DNA of 64,000 nt, taken from NCBI RefSeq assembly GCF_009914755.1, contig NC_060928.1; one strand, 5' to 3'. The DNA is from the human T2T-CHM13v2.0 reference genome, Homo sapiens. Within the stretch, counting starts at the first letter, position 1; the number at the start of each line of letters is the position of its first letter. Of the stretch, positions 19,222-33,705 are shown piece by piece. Made by a program: the position numbers and the translations under genes. Under the pieces are notes generated by a model, which saw only the letters and a program-made list of their open reading frames with translations, had not been told where the DNA came from and did not search any database.

Positions 19222-21400
19222 TAAGAGTTTTTTGGTAGAGTCTTTAGGTTTTTCTGTTTACAGGTATAAGATTATGTCATTTGCAAAGTGAGACAATTTG
19301 ACTTCCTTTTGTCCATTTGGATGCCTTTTATTTCTTTATCTTGTCTGATCACTCTGGCTTGGATGTCCCATACTGTGTTGAATAAGAGTGGTGAAAGTGG
19401 GCATCCTTCTCTTGTTCCAGTTCTTAGAGGAAAGGCTTTTCAATATTTCCCAGTGAGTAGGATGTTAACTGTAGATTTGTCATATATGCCTTTTCTTAGG
19501 TTGAAGTGTTCCTCGTATGCATAATTTGTTGAGAGTTTTCATCATGAAGGAATGGTAAGTTTTACTGAGTGATTTTTCTGCATCTGCTGAGATGATCAGA
19601 TAGCTTGTGCCTTTCATCTTGTTGATGTGATGTATCACATGTATTGATTTGTGTATGTTGAGCCATCTTTGCATTCCTGGGATAAATCCCACTTGATCAT
19701 GGTATATTATCTTTTTCATTCATCATTAGATTTGGCTTGGTAGTATTATGCTGAGAATTTTACCATCTATGTTCATTAGGAATATTGGCCTGTAGTTTTC
19801 TGCTTTTGTTGTGTCCTTGTCTTGATTGGATATCAGGGTAATGCTGGCCTTATACAATGAGTTAGGAAGAATTCCTTCCTCTTCAATTTTTGGGAATAGT
19901 TTGAGAAGAATTGGTGTTTGTTTTTCTTTACAAATTGGGTAGAAATCAACATAAAAGCCCAGTCTAGGGCTTTTCTCTTTTGGGAGACTTTTTGTTACTG
20001 ATTCAAATCTGCTATTCATTTTGGGTCAGTTCAGGTTTTCTTTTTCTTCCTAGTTGAATCTTGGTAGGCTGTGTATGTCTGGGAATTTATCCCTTTCCTC
20101 TAGGTTTTCCAATTTGTTAGCATATGGTTGTTCATAGTAGCCTCTAATGATCCTTTTTATTTCTTTGGTAACAGTTGTAAAGTCTCCTTTTTCATTTCTG
20201 ATTGTATTTATTTGGGTCTCTTTTTTTTTTTTTTTTTTTTTTTTTTGGTTAGCCTCACTAGTGGTTTATCAATTTTTTTAACTTTTCAAAAAACCAACTT
20301 TTATCTTGTTGATTCTTTGCATTTCTTTTTTGTCTCTGTTGCATTTGGTTCTGCTATTTTATTTATATTTTTTCTTTCTACTAATTGTGTGTTTGATTTG
20401 TTCTTGCTTTTTGAATTCCTTGAGGTGCATCATTAGGTTGTTTATTTAAAATCTTTCTACTTTTTTGGTGTAGGCATTTATTGCTATAAACTTTCCTCCT
20501 AGTACTGCTTTTGCTGTATCCCATAGGTTTTGCATGATGTGTTTCCATTTTCTGTTTAAAAAAAATTTTTGATGTCCATCTTAATTTCTTCATTGACCCA
20601 ATGATTATTCAATAGCATGTTTAATGTCCATGTATTTGTACAGTTTCCAAATTTCTTCTTCTTATTGATTTCAAGTTTTATTCCATTGTGGTCTGAGAAG
20701 ATACTTGATATGATTTTAATTTTTAAAATTTTATTGAGCCTTGTTCTGTGTCTTAACATATGGTCTATCCTGGAGAATGTTCCATGTGTTGATGAGATGA
20801 TTGTGTATTCTGCTGCTGCTGGATGAAATATTCTGAAAATATCTGTTAGGTCCATTTGGTCTAAAGTGCAGCTTAAATCTAATGTTTCTTTGTTGATTTT
20901 ATGTCTAGATGAACTGTCCAATGCTGACAGTAGGATATTGAAGTTCTCAACTATCATTGTATTGGACTCTCTCTCTCCATGTAGATTTAATAATATTTGC
21001 TATATGTCTCTGGATGCGCTTGTGTTGGTTGCATGCATATTGGGAATTGTTATACTTTGTTGCTGAATTGATCCCTTTATTACCATAAAATGACCTTCTT
21101 TGTCCTTTTTACAGTTTTTGGCTTAAAGTCTGTTTTATCTGATGTAAGTTTAGCTACTCCTGATTATTTTTGATTTCTGTTTCTGTGGTATATCTTTTTC
21201 CATCCCTTCACTTTCAGTCTGTGTGTGTCTTTACAAGTGAAGTGAGTTTCTTGTAGACGTTGTTGGGTCATTTTTTATCCATTAAGCCTGTCTCTATCTT
21301 TAGGTAGGTAATTTAACCAATATTCGAAGTTATTATTGATAGGTGAGGACTTATTCCAGTCATTTTGTTCATTGTTTTCTGGTTATTTTGTATATCCTTT

Positions 21401-23713
21401 TGGTATGGTTTGGCTGTGTCCCCACTCAGATCTCATCTTGAATTCCCATGTGTTGTGGGAGGGACCCAGTGGGAAGTAGTTGAATCATGGAGGCAGGTAT
21501 TTCCCATGCTATTCTTTTAATAGTGAATAAGTCTCATGAGATCTGATGGTTTTAAAAGGTGGAGTTTCCCTGCTCAAGCTCTCTCTTTGCCTGCTGCCAT
21601 CCCTGTAAGATGTGACTTGCCTCTCCTTGACTTCTGCAATGATTTTGAAGCCTCCCCAGCAATGTAGAACTGTAAGTCCATTAAATCTCTTTCTTTTGTA
21701 AATTTCCCAGTCTTGAATGTGTCTTTATCAGCTGTGTGAAAATGGACTAATACAGTAAATTAGTACCAGAAGTGGGGTGTTGCTAAAAGATACCTGAATA
21801 TGTGGAAGTGACTTTGGAACTGGGAAACAGGCAGAGGTTGGAACAGTTTGGAGGGCTCAGAAGGAGACAGGAAAATGTGGGAAAATTTGGAAGAGGTTTC
21901 CTAGAGACTTGCCCAAAATGCTGATGGTTATATGGACAATAAAGTCTAGGATGAGGTTGTCTCAGATGGAAATGAGGAACTTGTTAGGAACTGGCACAAT
22001 GGTGACTCCTGTTATGTTTTAGCAAAGAGACTGGTGGCATTTTGCCCCTGCTGTAGAGATTTGTGGAATTTTGAACTTGAGAGATTTAGGGTATCTGATA
22101 GGGTATTTGAACTTGAGATTTAGGGTATCTGATAGAAGAAATTTCAAGCAGCAAAGCATTCAAGAGATGACTTGGGTGCTGTTAAAGGCCTTCAGTTTTA
22201 TAAGGGAAGCAGAGCATGAAAGTTTGGAAAATCTGCAGCCTGACAATGCAATAGAAAAGAAAATCCCATTTTCTCAAGGAAAATTCGATCTGGCTGCAGA
22301 AGTTTGTTTAAGTAACAAGGAGTCAAATGTGAATCCCCAAGACAATGGGGAGAATGTCTCCAGGGCATGTCACAGGTCTTCTTGGCAGCTTCTCCTATCA
22401 AACGTCCAGAGGCCTAGGAAGAAAAGATGTTTTTTTGGGCTGGACCCAGGGACCCCTGTTGTGAGCAGCCTAGGGTGCCTGAGTCCTAGCCACTCCAGCT
22501 GCAGCTGAAAGGAGCCAAGGTACAACGTGGGCTGTTGCTTCAGAGGGTGCAAGCCCCAAGCCTTAGCAGCTTCCACATAGTGTTGAGCCTGTGGGTGCAC
22601 AGAAGTCAAAAATTGAGGTTTGGGAACTGCTGCCTAGATTTCAGAAGGTGTATGGAAATGCCTAGATATCCAGTCAGGAGTTTGCTGCAGGGGCAGGGCA
22701 CTCATGGAGAACCTCTACTAGGGCACTGCAGAAGGGAAATGTGGGTTCGGAGCCCCCACATAGAGTCCTTACTGCAGCGCCACCTAGTGGAGCTGTGAGA
22801 AGAGGGCCACCATCCTCCAGACCCCAGAATGGTGGATTCACTGACAGCTTGCACTGTGTGACTGGAAAAGCTGCAGACACTCAATGCCAACCCGTGAGAG
22901 GAGCCAGGAGGGGGTTTAAACCATACAAAGCCACAGGAGTGGAGCTGTGGCCTTTTTTCTCCCAAGGCCATGGGAGCCCACCTCTTACATCAGCATGACC
23001 TGTATGTGAGACATGGAGTCAAAGGAGATCATTTTGGAGCTTTGAGATTTGACTGCCTCACTGGATTTTGGGCTTGCATGGGTCCTGTAGCCCCTTTGTT
23101 TTGGCAATTTTCTGCCATTTGGAATGACTGTGTTTACCCAATGCCTATACCCCCATTGTATCTAGGAAGTAACTAACTTATTTTTGATTTTACATGCTCA
23201 TATGCAGAAGGGATTTGCCTTGTCTCACATGAGACTTTGGACTGTGGACTTTTGAGTTAATGCTGAACTTAGTTAAGACTTTGGGGGACTGTTGGGAAGG
23301 CATGATTGGTTTTGAAATCTGAGGATATGAGATTTGGGAAGGGCCAGGGGCAGAATGATATGGTTTGGTTGTGTCCCCACCCAAGTCTCATCTTGAATTC
23401 CCACATGTTGTGGGAGGGACCTGGTGGGAAGTAATTGAGTCATGGGGGCAGGTCTTTCCCATGCTGTTCTCATGATAGTGAATACGTCTCACAAGGTCTG
23501 ATGGTTTTGAAAAGGGTAGTTTCTCTGCAGAAGCTCTATCTTTGATTGCTGCCATCCATGTGAGACATGACTTGCTTCTTCTTGCCTTCCAACATGATTC
23601 TTAGGCTTCCTCAACTATGTGGAAGAGTAAGTCCATTAAAACTCTTTCTTTTGTAAAATGCCCAGTCTCAGTCACGTATGTCTTTATCAGCAGTGTGAAA
23701 ACAGACTAATACA
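21401..23713 (+). mobile_element. Complete THE1 (MaLR) element: LTR 21401-21754, internal region, LTR 23356-23713
   Basis: LTRs begin tg(g/a)tatggtttgg and end gactaataca; 5-bp TSD 'ccttt' on both sides. Confidence 0.93.
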
Positions 23714-23964
23714 CCTTTGTTCCTTTTTTCTCTCATTATTTATGGTTGCAGTTTGGTGGTTTTCTTTAGTGGTGGTGTTTGAATCTTTTCTTCTTTGTGT
23801 GTCTGAACTACCAGTGAGTTTTATACTTTCATGTATTTTCATGATGGTAGATATTGTTCTTTTGCTTCCCAATGTAGGACTCCCTTAAACATTTCTTGTA
23901 AGACCACAACAAACAAGACACAAACAAACAGTCTTTTGCTTATCTGGGAAATCCTTTTTTCTCT

Positions 23965-24132
23965 TTTATTATTACTATTTTTTTTAGCAATGGAGTCTCA
24001 CTCTGTCACCCAGGCTGGAGTACAGTGGCATGATCATAGCTCACTGCAGCCTTGAACTCCTGGGATCAAATGGTTCTCCTGCCTCAGCCTTCTGAGTCTC
24101 TGGAACTGCAGATGTGAGCCACTGTGCCAGCC
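23965..24132 (-). mobile_element. Alu monomer/partial (J/FRAM-like)
   Basis: Single antisense arm. Confidence 0.75.
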
Positions 24133-24983
24133 TCCTTCATTTGTGAAGGATAGCTTTGCTGGGTATAGTATTTTTGGCTTACTTTTTTTATTTTTATTTT
24201 TTACTTGTAGTATACATCCCCTTTTCTCCTAGCCTGTAAGGTTTCTGCTGAGAAATCCCGTTAGCCTGATGGAGATTCTCTTATAAGTGACTTGATGTCT
24301 TTCTCTTGCTGTTTTTAGCATTTTCTCTTTGTCTTTTGACAATTTTACCATAATGTGCCTTGGAGAAGACCTTTTTGAGTTGTATTTATTTGGTAATCTT
24401 TGAGCTTCCTGCATTTGGAAGCATTCAGGAAGTTTTCAGTTATTATTTCATTAAATAGGTTTTTTATGCCTTTACCCATCTCATCTCCATCCAGAACTCC
24501 CAGAATTTCAGTTTTTGGTCACATATGTGTCCCATATATCATGTAGCCTTGCTTCATTGTTTTTTCTTTCTTTTTGTCTGACTGGATTATTTTAAAAGAC
24601 TAGCCTTCAGGTTCAGAAATTCTTTGTTTTGCTTGATCTAGTCTATTGTTAAAACTGTCAATTATCTTTTGTATTTATTTCAATGATTTATTGTCTTCCA
24701 GGATTTGTGTTTGGTTCTTTGTTATGCTGTCTATCTCTGTTGAATTTGTCATTCAGATCATGAATTGTTTTCCTGTTTTTTTTTTTTTGTATTCATTATC
24801 TGTGTTCTCTTGTATCTCCCTGAGTTTCTTTAATAACATTATTCTGAATTTTTTTCAGGCATTTCATAGATTTTCTTTTCATTGGATCTGTTGCTGGAGA
24901 ATTATTGTGCTTCTTTGGAGATGTTATGTTTCCTTTTTCATATTTCTTGCATCCTTATGTGACTATCTGTGCCTCTGAGATAA

Positions 24984-25478
<495 letters not shown>

Positions 25479-26105
25479 AGACTGTAGTTGTTATTGGAGG
25501 CTGTGGTGAGGCTTTGCTGAGGATGGGGATGCCAGGAAGTCTTGTCCTTCAGCATCAGTGGTAGTGCTGGTGGACCAGGTGTGTCAATACTAGGGACCAT
25601 GGGCAGTGTTTGTGGACACTGATGATAGCCTGTTTGCGTGGGCCAATCCCTGGGCTCCCAGGTGGCTTCTTTGCTTGCTGGCAGTGGCAGCACTGGGCCA
25701 AGTGGGCAGGTGCACCTCTGGGCTCCTGGGTGGTGTGTGTGGCAGTCTGATCTCTAGTTCTCCAGGTGACGTATGCAGGTTCTGGTGGTGGGTAGGCAGG
25801 CGTTTCCTCAGGTCTCTCAGTAGTAAGTGTGAGCACTAGCTCTGGAGGCAGGTGAGTCAATCTCCAGGCCCCCAGATGGTACATTCAGGCACCAGCATAT
25901 TCCTATGCATTTCTAGATAAAAGTATTTTTCAGAAAACCTAAGCATATGTCCTATTAATACAACTTACCCTCATCAACTCTGCATGAGAAGAAGGGGGAA
26001 TTCCCTCAGTAGAACAGTCAGAATGGAATCACAGACTTGTTTTGAACCAGTCACTGGTAAGTGGGGGTAGGCTAAAATGATAAGCTCAGAATCTAAACCT
26101 TAGAC

Positions 26106-26322
26106 TAGGGAATGGCAAACTTTTTCCATAAAGAGGCAAACGGTAATATTTTAGGCTTTTGGTCTAGATAACCTCTGTTGTAGTGACGCAGTGGTGCCAT
26201 CGTAGCCTAAAAGCATATGTAGACAATGGATAAATCGATGGACCTGGATTTATTCCAGTAAAACTTAATTTATACAGTCAGAGGGCCAGATTTGGCCCTT
26301 GGTCTATAGTTGGCCAACCCTG
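26106..26322. mobile_element. MER58-like DNA transposon fossil
   Basis: Ends 'agggaatggcaaacttttt' and 'gggccagatttggccc...agttggccaaccctg' form degenerate terminal inverted repeats. Confidence 0.7.
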
Positions 26323-26437
26323 TTTAGAGCAGTCAAAATTTATTCCCTAGGGCTGGGCCAACTTTTTCTTAAAAAAAGAAAAAAGAAAGCAACCCACTGT
26401 CAGAATAAAATAAGGTTTCTATTTAAAAAGAAGAAGA

Positions 26438-26733
26438 GGCTGGGTGTGGTGGCTCATGCCTATAATCCTAGCACTTTGGAAGGGTGAGGCAGGAGGACTG
26501 CTTGAGGCCAGGAGTTTGAAACCAACTTGGGCAATATAGTGAGACCCTCTCTCTGCAAAGAATAAAAAAATTAGCCAGGCATGGTGGCACATGTCTGTAG
26601 TCTTAGCTACATAGGAGGCTGAAGGGCAAGATCATTTGAGCCCAGGATTTTGAGGTTACAGTGAGCTCTGACTGTAACACTTGTACTCTAGCCTAGGCAA
26701 AGAGGGAGAACCCAAAAACAAACAAACAAAAAA
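26438..26733 (+). mobile_element. Alu (J-like)
   Basis: Sense Alu dimer. Confidence 0.88.
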
Positions 26734-26911
26734 TAGGTTGGTTGGGGCGGGTTGGAGAAGAAAGTATTTCTGAATTTCTGGGTAGGTTACTGGTAGTGTC
26801 AGGCCAAACTAGCTCTACAGTCATATTCATTATAAATAAAGGCAACTAGATGATCTCCATCTAGCTATTAAAAATTGGTTAAAATCTACAGAGATAAAGG
26901 ACAGTGACCCT

Positions 26912-27310
26912 TGTATCAGTTAGTTGTTGTCACAAAATGCTGCATAACAAGTCACTACAAATCTCAGTGGCTTAATACAACAATCATTTATTTTCATGGA
27001 TCTATGGGTCAGCTGAGGATTGGTCAGTCTAGCATGAGCATGTCTGGGAAGCTCGACTTTGCTCTTGGTGTCTCTTATCTTCTGCTGGAAGCAGCAGCCT
27101 GGCCTAGGCTTGTTCTCATGGTGATAGCAGGAGTGAGCGAGCACAAATGAATTCACACTTTCCAAGTTTTTGGTCATACAGATTAATATTCCAGTGGCCA
27201 AAGCTAGACACAATTCAAAACCCAACATTAGGGACTGGAGAAATATACTCCGATTCTTCAGTGGGAGGAACTGCAGAGACAAATGGCAGAGTCTTGGATA
27301 CAGGGAGGAC
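26912..27310. mobile_element. MLT1-like MaLR LTR fossil
   Basis: 'tgcataacaa...aatctcagtggcttaa..caacaatcatttatt' resembles MLT1 ends. Confidence 0.5.
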
Positions 27311-28034
27311 ATGGATCCATTAATGTACCTTAATCAATCGCAACCCTCTAACCACCAATACAATTAAATAAGTATTTGTTGAATGCACTTGTGCCTGAAT
27401 GCTTCTGGCTGCAGCCCAGGCAATGGGGGCCTGACTGGGGAGGGACCATAGCAGGGACTCGATGTCCTGCAAGTCTGCATGTCATTGTGCACGGCCGACT
27501 CCACATTGGTCATGGCTGACTTGCTTTATCCTGCGTCCCCAAGGGGCAACGATTGGCTGATTATATTTCTGAACAATTTTGACAAAGTTGTTTTCAGGAG
27601 CCCAGGAAGCAAATCAGTTGTAGATTTGAATTTTGCAGGGTGTCAGAATTGTTGAATATATATATAGTCTTTTACATGCTGATAATTATTTCCGCATCAC
27701 AAAGAAGGCCGGCTATTAGGAGGCTGCTGTTCAATTCCTTTGCCCCTTGAACTCATGAGCTGTGTCTATGTGGGGGACACTCAGTTGTTAGAGCTGTTTC
27801 CCTTCATAATAACATCAGCCAGCATTCTAAATAAATGCAGGAAATTAAATAGTCTTCCCCAGACAGGTACTTTGCCCTTCTAAAGTGAATTACACATTCT
27901 AAAATAAAACACAGTCACATTAAAAAACCAAAAGGCCTTTGTGTCAGGTTGGTCTGGCTTCAGCGAAGATAATATTTGCCTCCAGAGTAGAAGATCTGTA
28001 GAATCCACGGTATTGCATATGGCAGCCCCACATC

Positions 28035-28843
28035 TTGTTTCCTTTTCTTTTTTTTGTTTTTAACTAAAGCAGTTGGCAATTTTATTTTCACATTTCCCAA
28101 TACAAATGAAAACTGCGTCTTTTTTGGCCCCACTTCTCCCTTCCAAAACTATTCTCTTTGATAGGGCAAGGGGGCAAGTCTTCCTTATGCTGTTAAGAAA
28201 ACCCGATATCACAGCAGCATGATCTCCTGGTGAAGGGAGCAGGTAAATATAAAATTCATATAGGCCAGGCGCAGTGGCCCACACCTGTAATCCCAGCACT
28301 TTCGGAGGCTGAGGCGAGCGGGTCACGAGGTCAGGAGATTGAGACCATCCTGGCCAACATGGTGAAACCCCGTTTCTACTAAAATAAAAAAAAAATTAGC
28401 CGGGCATGGTGCACACGCCTGTAGTCCCACACTACTCAGGAGGCTGAGGCAGGGAAATCGCTTGAATCCGGGAGGTGGAGGTTTCAGTGAGCTGAGATCA
28501 TGCCACTGCCCTCCAGCCTGGGCGACAGAGGAAGACTCTGTCTCAAAAATAAAGCAAAACATTACAAACAAAAAAAAACACAACAATAACAACAAGAAAA
28601 CAACACTGATGCAATGAGGCCTCCCCTCTATCCTTATCTGTCTGGCCGAGTCATTCTGGGCTGACTGGGCACCATCATGAGACGGGCAGGAGATCTCATC
28701 ATTGGGTACCTAGGAATCATGGGCATGTGGCCTCCTAGGGGCGGCCTCATTCCAGGAGCAGGTCCCACTGGCATCATCCCAGGAGTATTAGGACCCATCA
28801 TTGGCATCATGGGCGGGCCCCCCATATGGGCTGCTGCCATCAT
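28035..28843 (-). pseudogene. SNRPCP: 5'-truncated processed pseudogene of U1 snRNP protein C, 3'UTR interrupted by an Alu
   Basis: [34 protein letters not shown]...MTRPDR* matches the U1-C C-terminus; 3'UTR continues past the Alu to an AATAAA (~28081-28086) and A-rich tail. Confidence 0.93.
28263..28600 (+). mobile_element. Alu inserted in the SNRPC pseudogene 3'UTR
   Basis: Sense Alu dimer with A/C-rich tail. Confidence 0.92.
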
Positions 28844-28844
28844 T

Positions 28845-29090
28845 CTGAAATGTGCGAGAAGTGTCAAATACACATTAGATTGTGAAGACTTAATATAAAA
28901 AGAAAGCAAAGTATTTTGTTATTGTTAAAATATTTTATACATGTTGACCTGCTATTTTGGATAGATTTGTTTAAATCTGTGATATTATTCCAATTACCTT
29001 CACTTCTTTTGTTTTACTTTTTAAAATGTGGTTACTACAAAATGCAAAAGTAAATATGTGGCTTGCATCATATTTCATCACATTTAGTGT
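28845..29090. mobile_element. MER33/MER3-like DNA transposon fossil
   Basis: 'aaatacacattagattgtgaagacttaatat...tttaaaatgtggttact..aaaat...tatgtggcttgcat' resembles MER33. Confidence 0.5.
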
Positions 29091-29239
29091 GGACCCTGAG
29101 GATCTAGGGGAGTTATGAGCCTTCAGTTGATGGTGACCCAGGTCAACGTGAATTGCTCTAAAGAGAAGCAAAGGGCTTAAAGAGAATGTATAAATGGAGC
29201 GAGGGAGCTCAGTCTCCCAGGGTGAGGAAAGGCTTGCTT

Positions 29240-30000
29240 TCTTACACAGTCTGGCACTTCTTCAAAAGCTTAAACACAGAGTTCTATGACCTAGCACTTC
29301 CACTCCAGTTTATGAAAGAAATGAAAATATATGTCCGTCCAGAAACTTGTGCACAAATGCTCATAGCAGCATTATTCATAATAGCGCCAAAGTGAAAACA
29401 ACACAATTGCTTGTCTACTGATGAGTGGAGAAATAGAACATGGTTTGACTATGCAATGGAATATTATTTAGTCATCAAAAGGAATGAAGTACTAACACGT
29501 GCTACAACACGGATGAACTACGAGAATATTAAGCTAAGTGGAAGAAACCAGTCACAAAAAGTCACATATTCTAAGATGTCATTTATATGAAATGTCCAGA
29601 ACACGCAAATCTATGAAGACAGAAACCCTGTCTCTACTAAAAATACAAAATTAGATGGGCGTGGTGGCACATCCCTGTAATCCTAGCTACTCGAGAGGCA
29701 GGAGAATTGGTTGAACCCGGGAGGCGGAGGTTGTAGTGAGCCGAGATTGTGCCACTGCACTCCAGCCTGTGACAGATACTCTATCTCAAAAAAAGTAGAT
29801 TTTCAGGGCTTAGTGGGAGGAGGAAATGGCAGGAAACTGCTCATGGATACAGGGTTTCTTTTTGGGGTGATGTAAATGTTTTAAAACTGATCATGATGGT
29901 GGTTGCCGAGCTCTGTGAATGCACTGAAACCATTGATTTGTTCACTTTAAATGGGCAAATCATACGGTACCTGAATTATATTTTAAGAGTTATATAAAAA
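29240..30000 (+). mobile_element. Old L1M 3' end with partial Alu (29623-29794)
   Basis: CAQMLIAALFIIAPK (ORF2 C-terminus) then L1MB/MC-type 3'UTR. Confidence 0.7.
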
Positions 30001-30154
30001 AGAAAATCTTCCTTGAAGAGATGACACTTAAGGAGAGGCCTAGGGAGTGGGATGAGTTCACTATGTAGAGAAATGAGGAACAGCATTTCAGGGTGAGAAA
30101 CAGCATAGTGAAGGCCCTGAGGTTGATAGGCATAGAGCAGATTTAAGGGACTTG

Positions 30155-30443
30155 TTTTTTGAGACGGACTTTCACTCTTGACGCCCAGGCTTGGGTGGAG
30201 TGGTGCGATCTTGGCTCATGGCAACCTCTGCCTCCCGAGTTCAAGCGATTTTCCTGCCTCAGTCTCCTGAGTAGCTGGGATTACAGGTGCCACCCACCAC
30301 ACCTGGCTAATTTTGGGATATTTAGTAGAGATGGGGGTTCCACCATGTTGACCAGGCTGGTCTCGAACTCCTGATCTCATGTTATCCAGCCGCCTCAGCT
30401 TCCCAAAGTTCTGAGATTACAGGTGTGAGCCACTGCGCTCAGT
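30155..30443 (-). mobile_element. Alu
   Basis: Antisense dimer; TSD 'gatttaagggactt'. Confidence 0.9.
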
Positions 30444-30667
30444 CAGATTTAAGGGACTTTCAAGAAGTTTGTGTGGCTGAAGCCTGCAGGGCAAGCGAGA
30501 CAATCAGGAAATGAGGCTGGAGAAAGAGAGGGGCTAGGTCACGGAGGGTCTCACATTAGTGTGTGGAAACTTCACACGAGTGGTCCCACTTTGGGCATCC
30601 CACCTAACTACTCTGTGTCCCAGCTTCCCCATTGGTGAAATAAAGGACTGATGTAGGGATGGAATGA

Positions 30668-30996
<329 letters not shown>

Positions 30997-32059
30997 GAGC
31001 TTTTATCATTGTTAACCCACACAGCAGAGGGAGCCATTGAAAGCGAGTGATCGGTTTGGATGCACCTTCTGAAGTGATCGCTTTGGTCCCTGTGAGGAGT
31101 GCAGATTGTCACAGGGCCAGGGGAAGACAGAGGCCAGTGAGGAGGCATTTGCAGTCAAACAACTGGAGGTGATGGTGGCTTGCTTTATGGTGGTGTCAGG
31201 AGAGTGGCTGAGCAGTGAACGGATCTGAAAAGATTTAGGAGGAAAAACCCACGTGACTTGGTCACTGAATGTGGGTTGTGGGGGCTGGAGGGAAGATGAG
31301 AAAGAATGAGAAGAAAAACATACTGAAGTGGGCCCTCCAGCCTAAGGTTACTTGAGGTCCCTTTGTGAAGAGGAATGTTTGTGTTTATGATGAAGATGTC
31401 TAGACTTTCAAAGGCCATTTGCAGTATTTTTTTTTTTAACACCCAACAACTCCTCCGTCCCTATGCCCTAAACATATGAATTTTTTTTTTGCCCTAATTT
31501 ATCACAGAGGGATGGATGTTTATTTGCTTTAATGGGAAATGCAGAATGCCACTAAGAAAGGATATTAAATTAATCTGGATTGCTGTGAGGGAGTTAAATC
31601 TGTTTAGATGTGCCCCAGTGTTACTATAATAGTTTGGTCTCAACCCATTTCTGGCCTGCGGCTGCAGGAGGTTGACTCCCAGCTTGCTTTCATTTGAAAG
31701 ATCCCAGCAACAAGCACACTTGGCATTTCCAGCCAAACCCACTTTGTGCAGCGAAGGAAAAGTTGAGGAGTGCCTCTGTTGTTTTCCCCCAAATCATTTG
31801 GCAGAAATGTGGCTGGGAGCTTCATTGCTGATTTTTTCAGTTTTAATATTGCTGTGGAAAGCCTGTACCAACCCTCAGCCATGTTATTCATCCACAGCTC
31901 CAGTCTGGGCTGCGATTTGTTTCTCCTTTGAGTGGCACAACCTTATTTTCCATTAAGACTCAAAGCAAATAGACACTCATGCACCATCACCATCACTCCC
32001 CCTGCTTGGTGGAGGGAAGTCAGTGGAATGATTCTAGTTTGGTGTTCATATCGGTGGGA

Positions 32060-32352
32060 CTTATTTATTTATTTATTTCTGTAATTTCTCTCTGTCGCCA
32101 GGCTGGAGTGCAGTGGCGTGATCTCGGCTCACTGCAACCTCTGACTCCCTGGTTCAAGTGATTCTCCTGCCTCAGCCTCCCGAGTAGCTGGGCTTACAGG
32201 CATGTGCCACCATGTCCGGCTAATTTTTTGTATTTTTAGTAGACACGGGGTTTCACCATGTTGGCCAGGGTGGTCTTGATCTGTCCTCATGATCCGTCCG
32301 CCTCGGCTTCCCAAAGTGCTAGGATTACAGGCGTGAGCCACTGCGCCTGGCC
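32060..32352 (-). mobile_element. Alu
   Basis: Antisense dimer. Confidence 0.9.
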
Positions 32353-32448
32353 TAGAGTTGTTTTTAAAAGCACTTTTCTCTCAAATTAACTCCGGGGTGT
32401 CCCACTGTGACTTGGGAAAAGGTTGGATTTTCTGGAGGTGGAAAGTCA

Positions 32449-32688
<240 letters not shown>

Positions 32689-33378
32689 GTCCTGTGTCCA
32701 AACCCCATGAGGCGTATCAGATGGCTGAAGATAAAATCGGTCACGCTGTGTTGGGATTGGGGTTGCTGTTATCATACCTCATCCCCACCCCTGCTTGGCA
32801 TCCACAAATAGTCATCTTCAATGAGACATCCCTCCTGCCCCTGGCTGCCTTATTTCATCTGCACCCAACCATATCCGTTGCTTGTCAGTGGGTCTCAACC
32901 TTGGCTGCAACTTGGAATGTCCTGGGGAGATGAGACAATACCAAGGCTCTCTCTCACTTAGCGTGATGTTTCCAAGGTCCATCCACATGTAGTAGGCACC
33001 AGTATTTCCACTGTATGGATACAGCACATTTTGTTTATTCATTCATCAACCAAATGGCCATCTTGGTTGTTGCTACCTTTTGCTTATTATATATATTACA
33101 TGATTCCATTTATATGAAAGGCCCAGAATAGGCAAATCTGTAGAGGCAGAAAGCAGGTAAGTGGTTGCCAGGAGCTGGGGGAAAGGGGAGGGGATGCAGA
33201 GTGCTTGATGGATACAGGGTTATTTTTTGGGGGGGCGGGGGGTGTTAATGAAAATGTTTTGGAACTAGACAGAGATGATGATTGCTTAACATTGTGAATG
33301 TATTTAATGATACTGAAGTGTATGGTTTCATACAGGGACTTGTATGTTATGTGAATTTTGCCTCATTAAAAAAATACT

Positions 33379-33705
33379 GCTAGGAGCAATGGCTCATGCC
33401 TGTAATCCCAGCACTGTGTGAGGCCAAGGCGGGCAGATCACCTGAGGCTGGGAGTTCGAGACCTGCCTGGGCAGCATGGTGAAACCCTATCTCTATTAAA
33501 AATACAAAAATTAGCCAGGCGTGGCTGTGCACACCTGTAATCCCAGCTACTTGGGAGGCTGAGGTAGGAAAATGGGTTGAACCCGGGAGTCAGAGGTAGC
33601 AGTGAGCTGAGATCGCACCACTGCACTTCAGCCTGGGTGGCAGAACAAGATTCCATCTCAAAAAAAAAACAAAAAAACAAAAAACACACACACACACACA
33701 CACAA
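33379..33705 (+). mobile_element. Alu with A/(CA)n tail
   Basis: Sense dimer. Confidence 0.9.
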
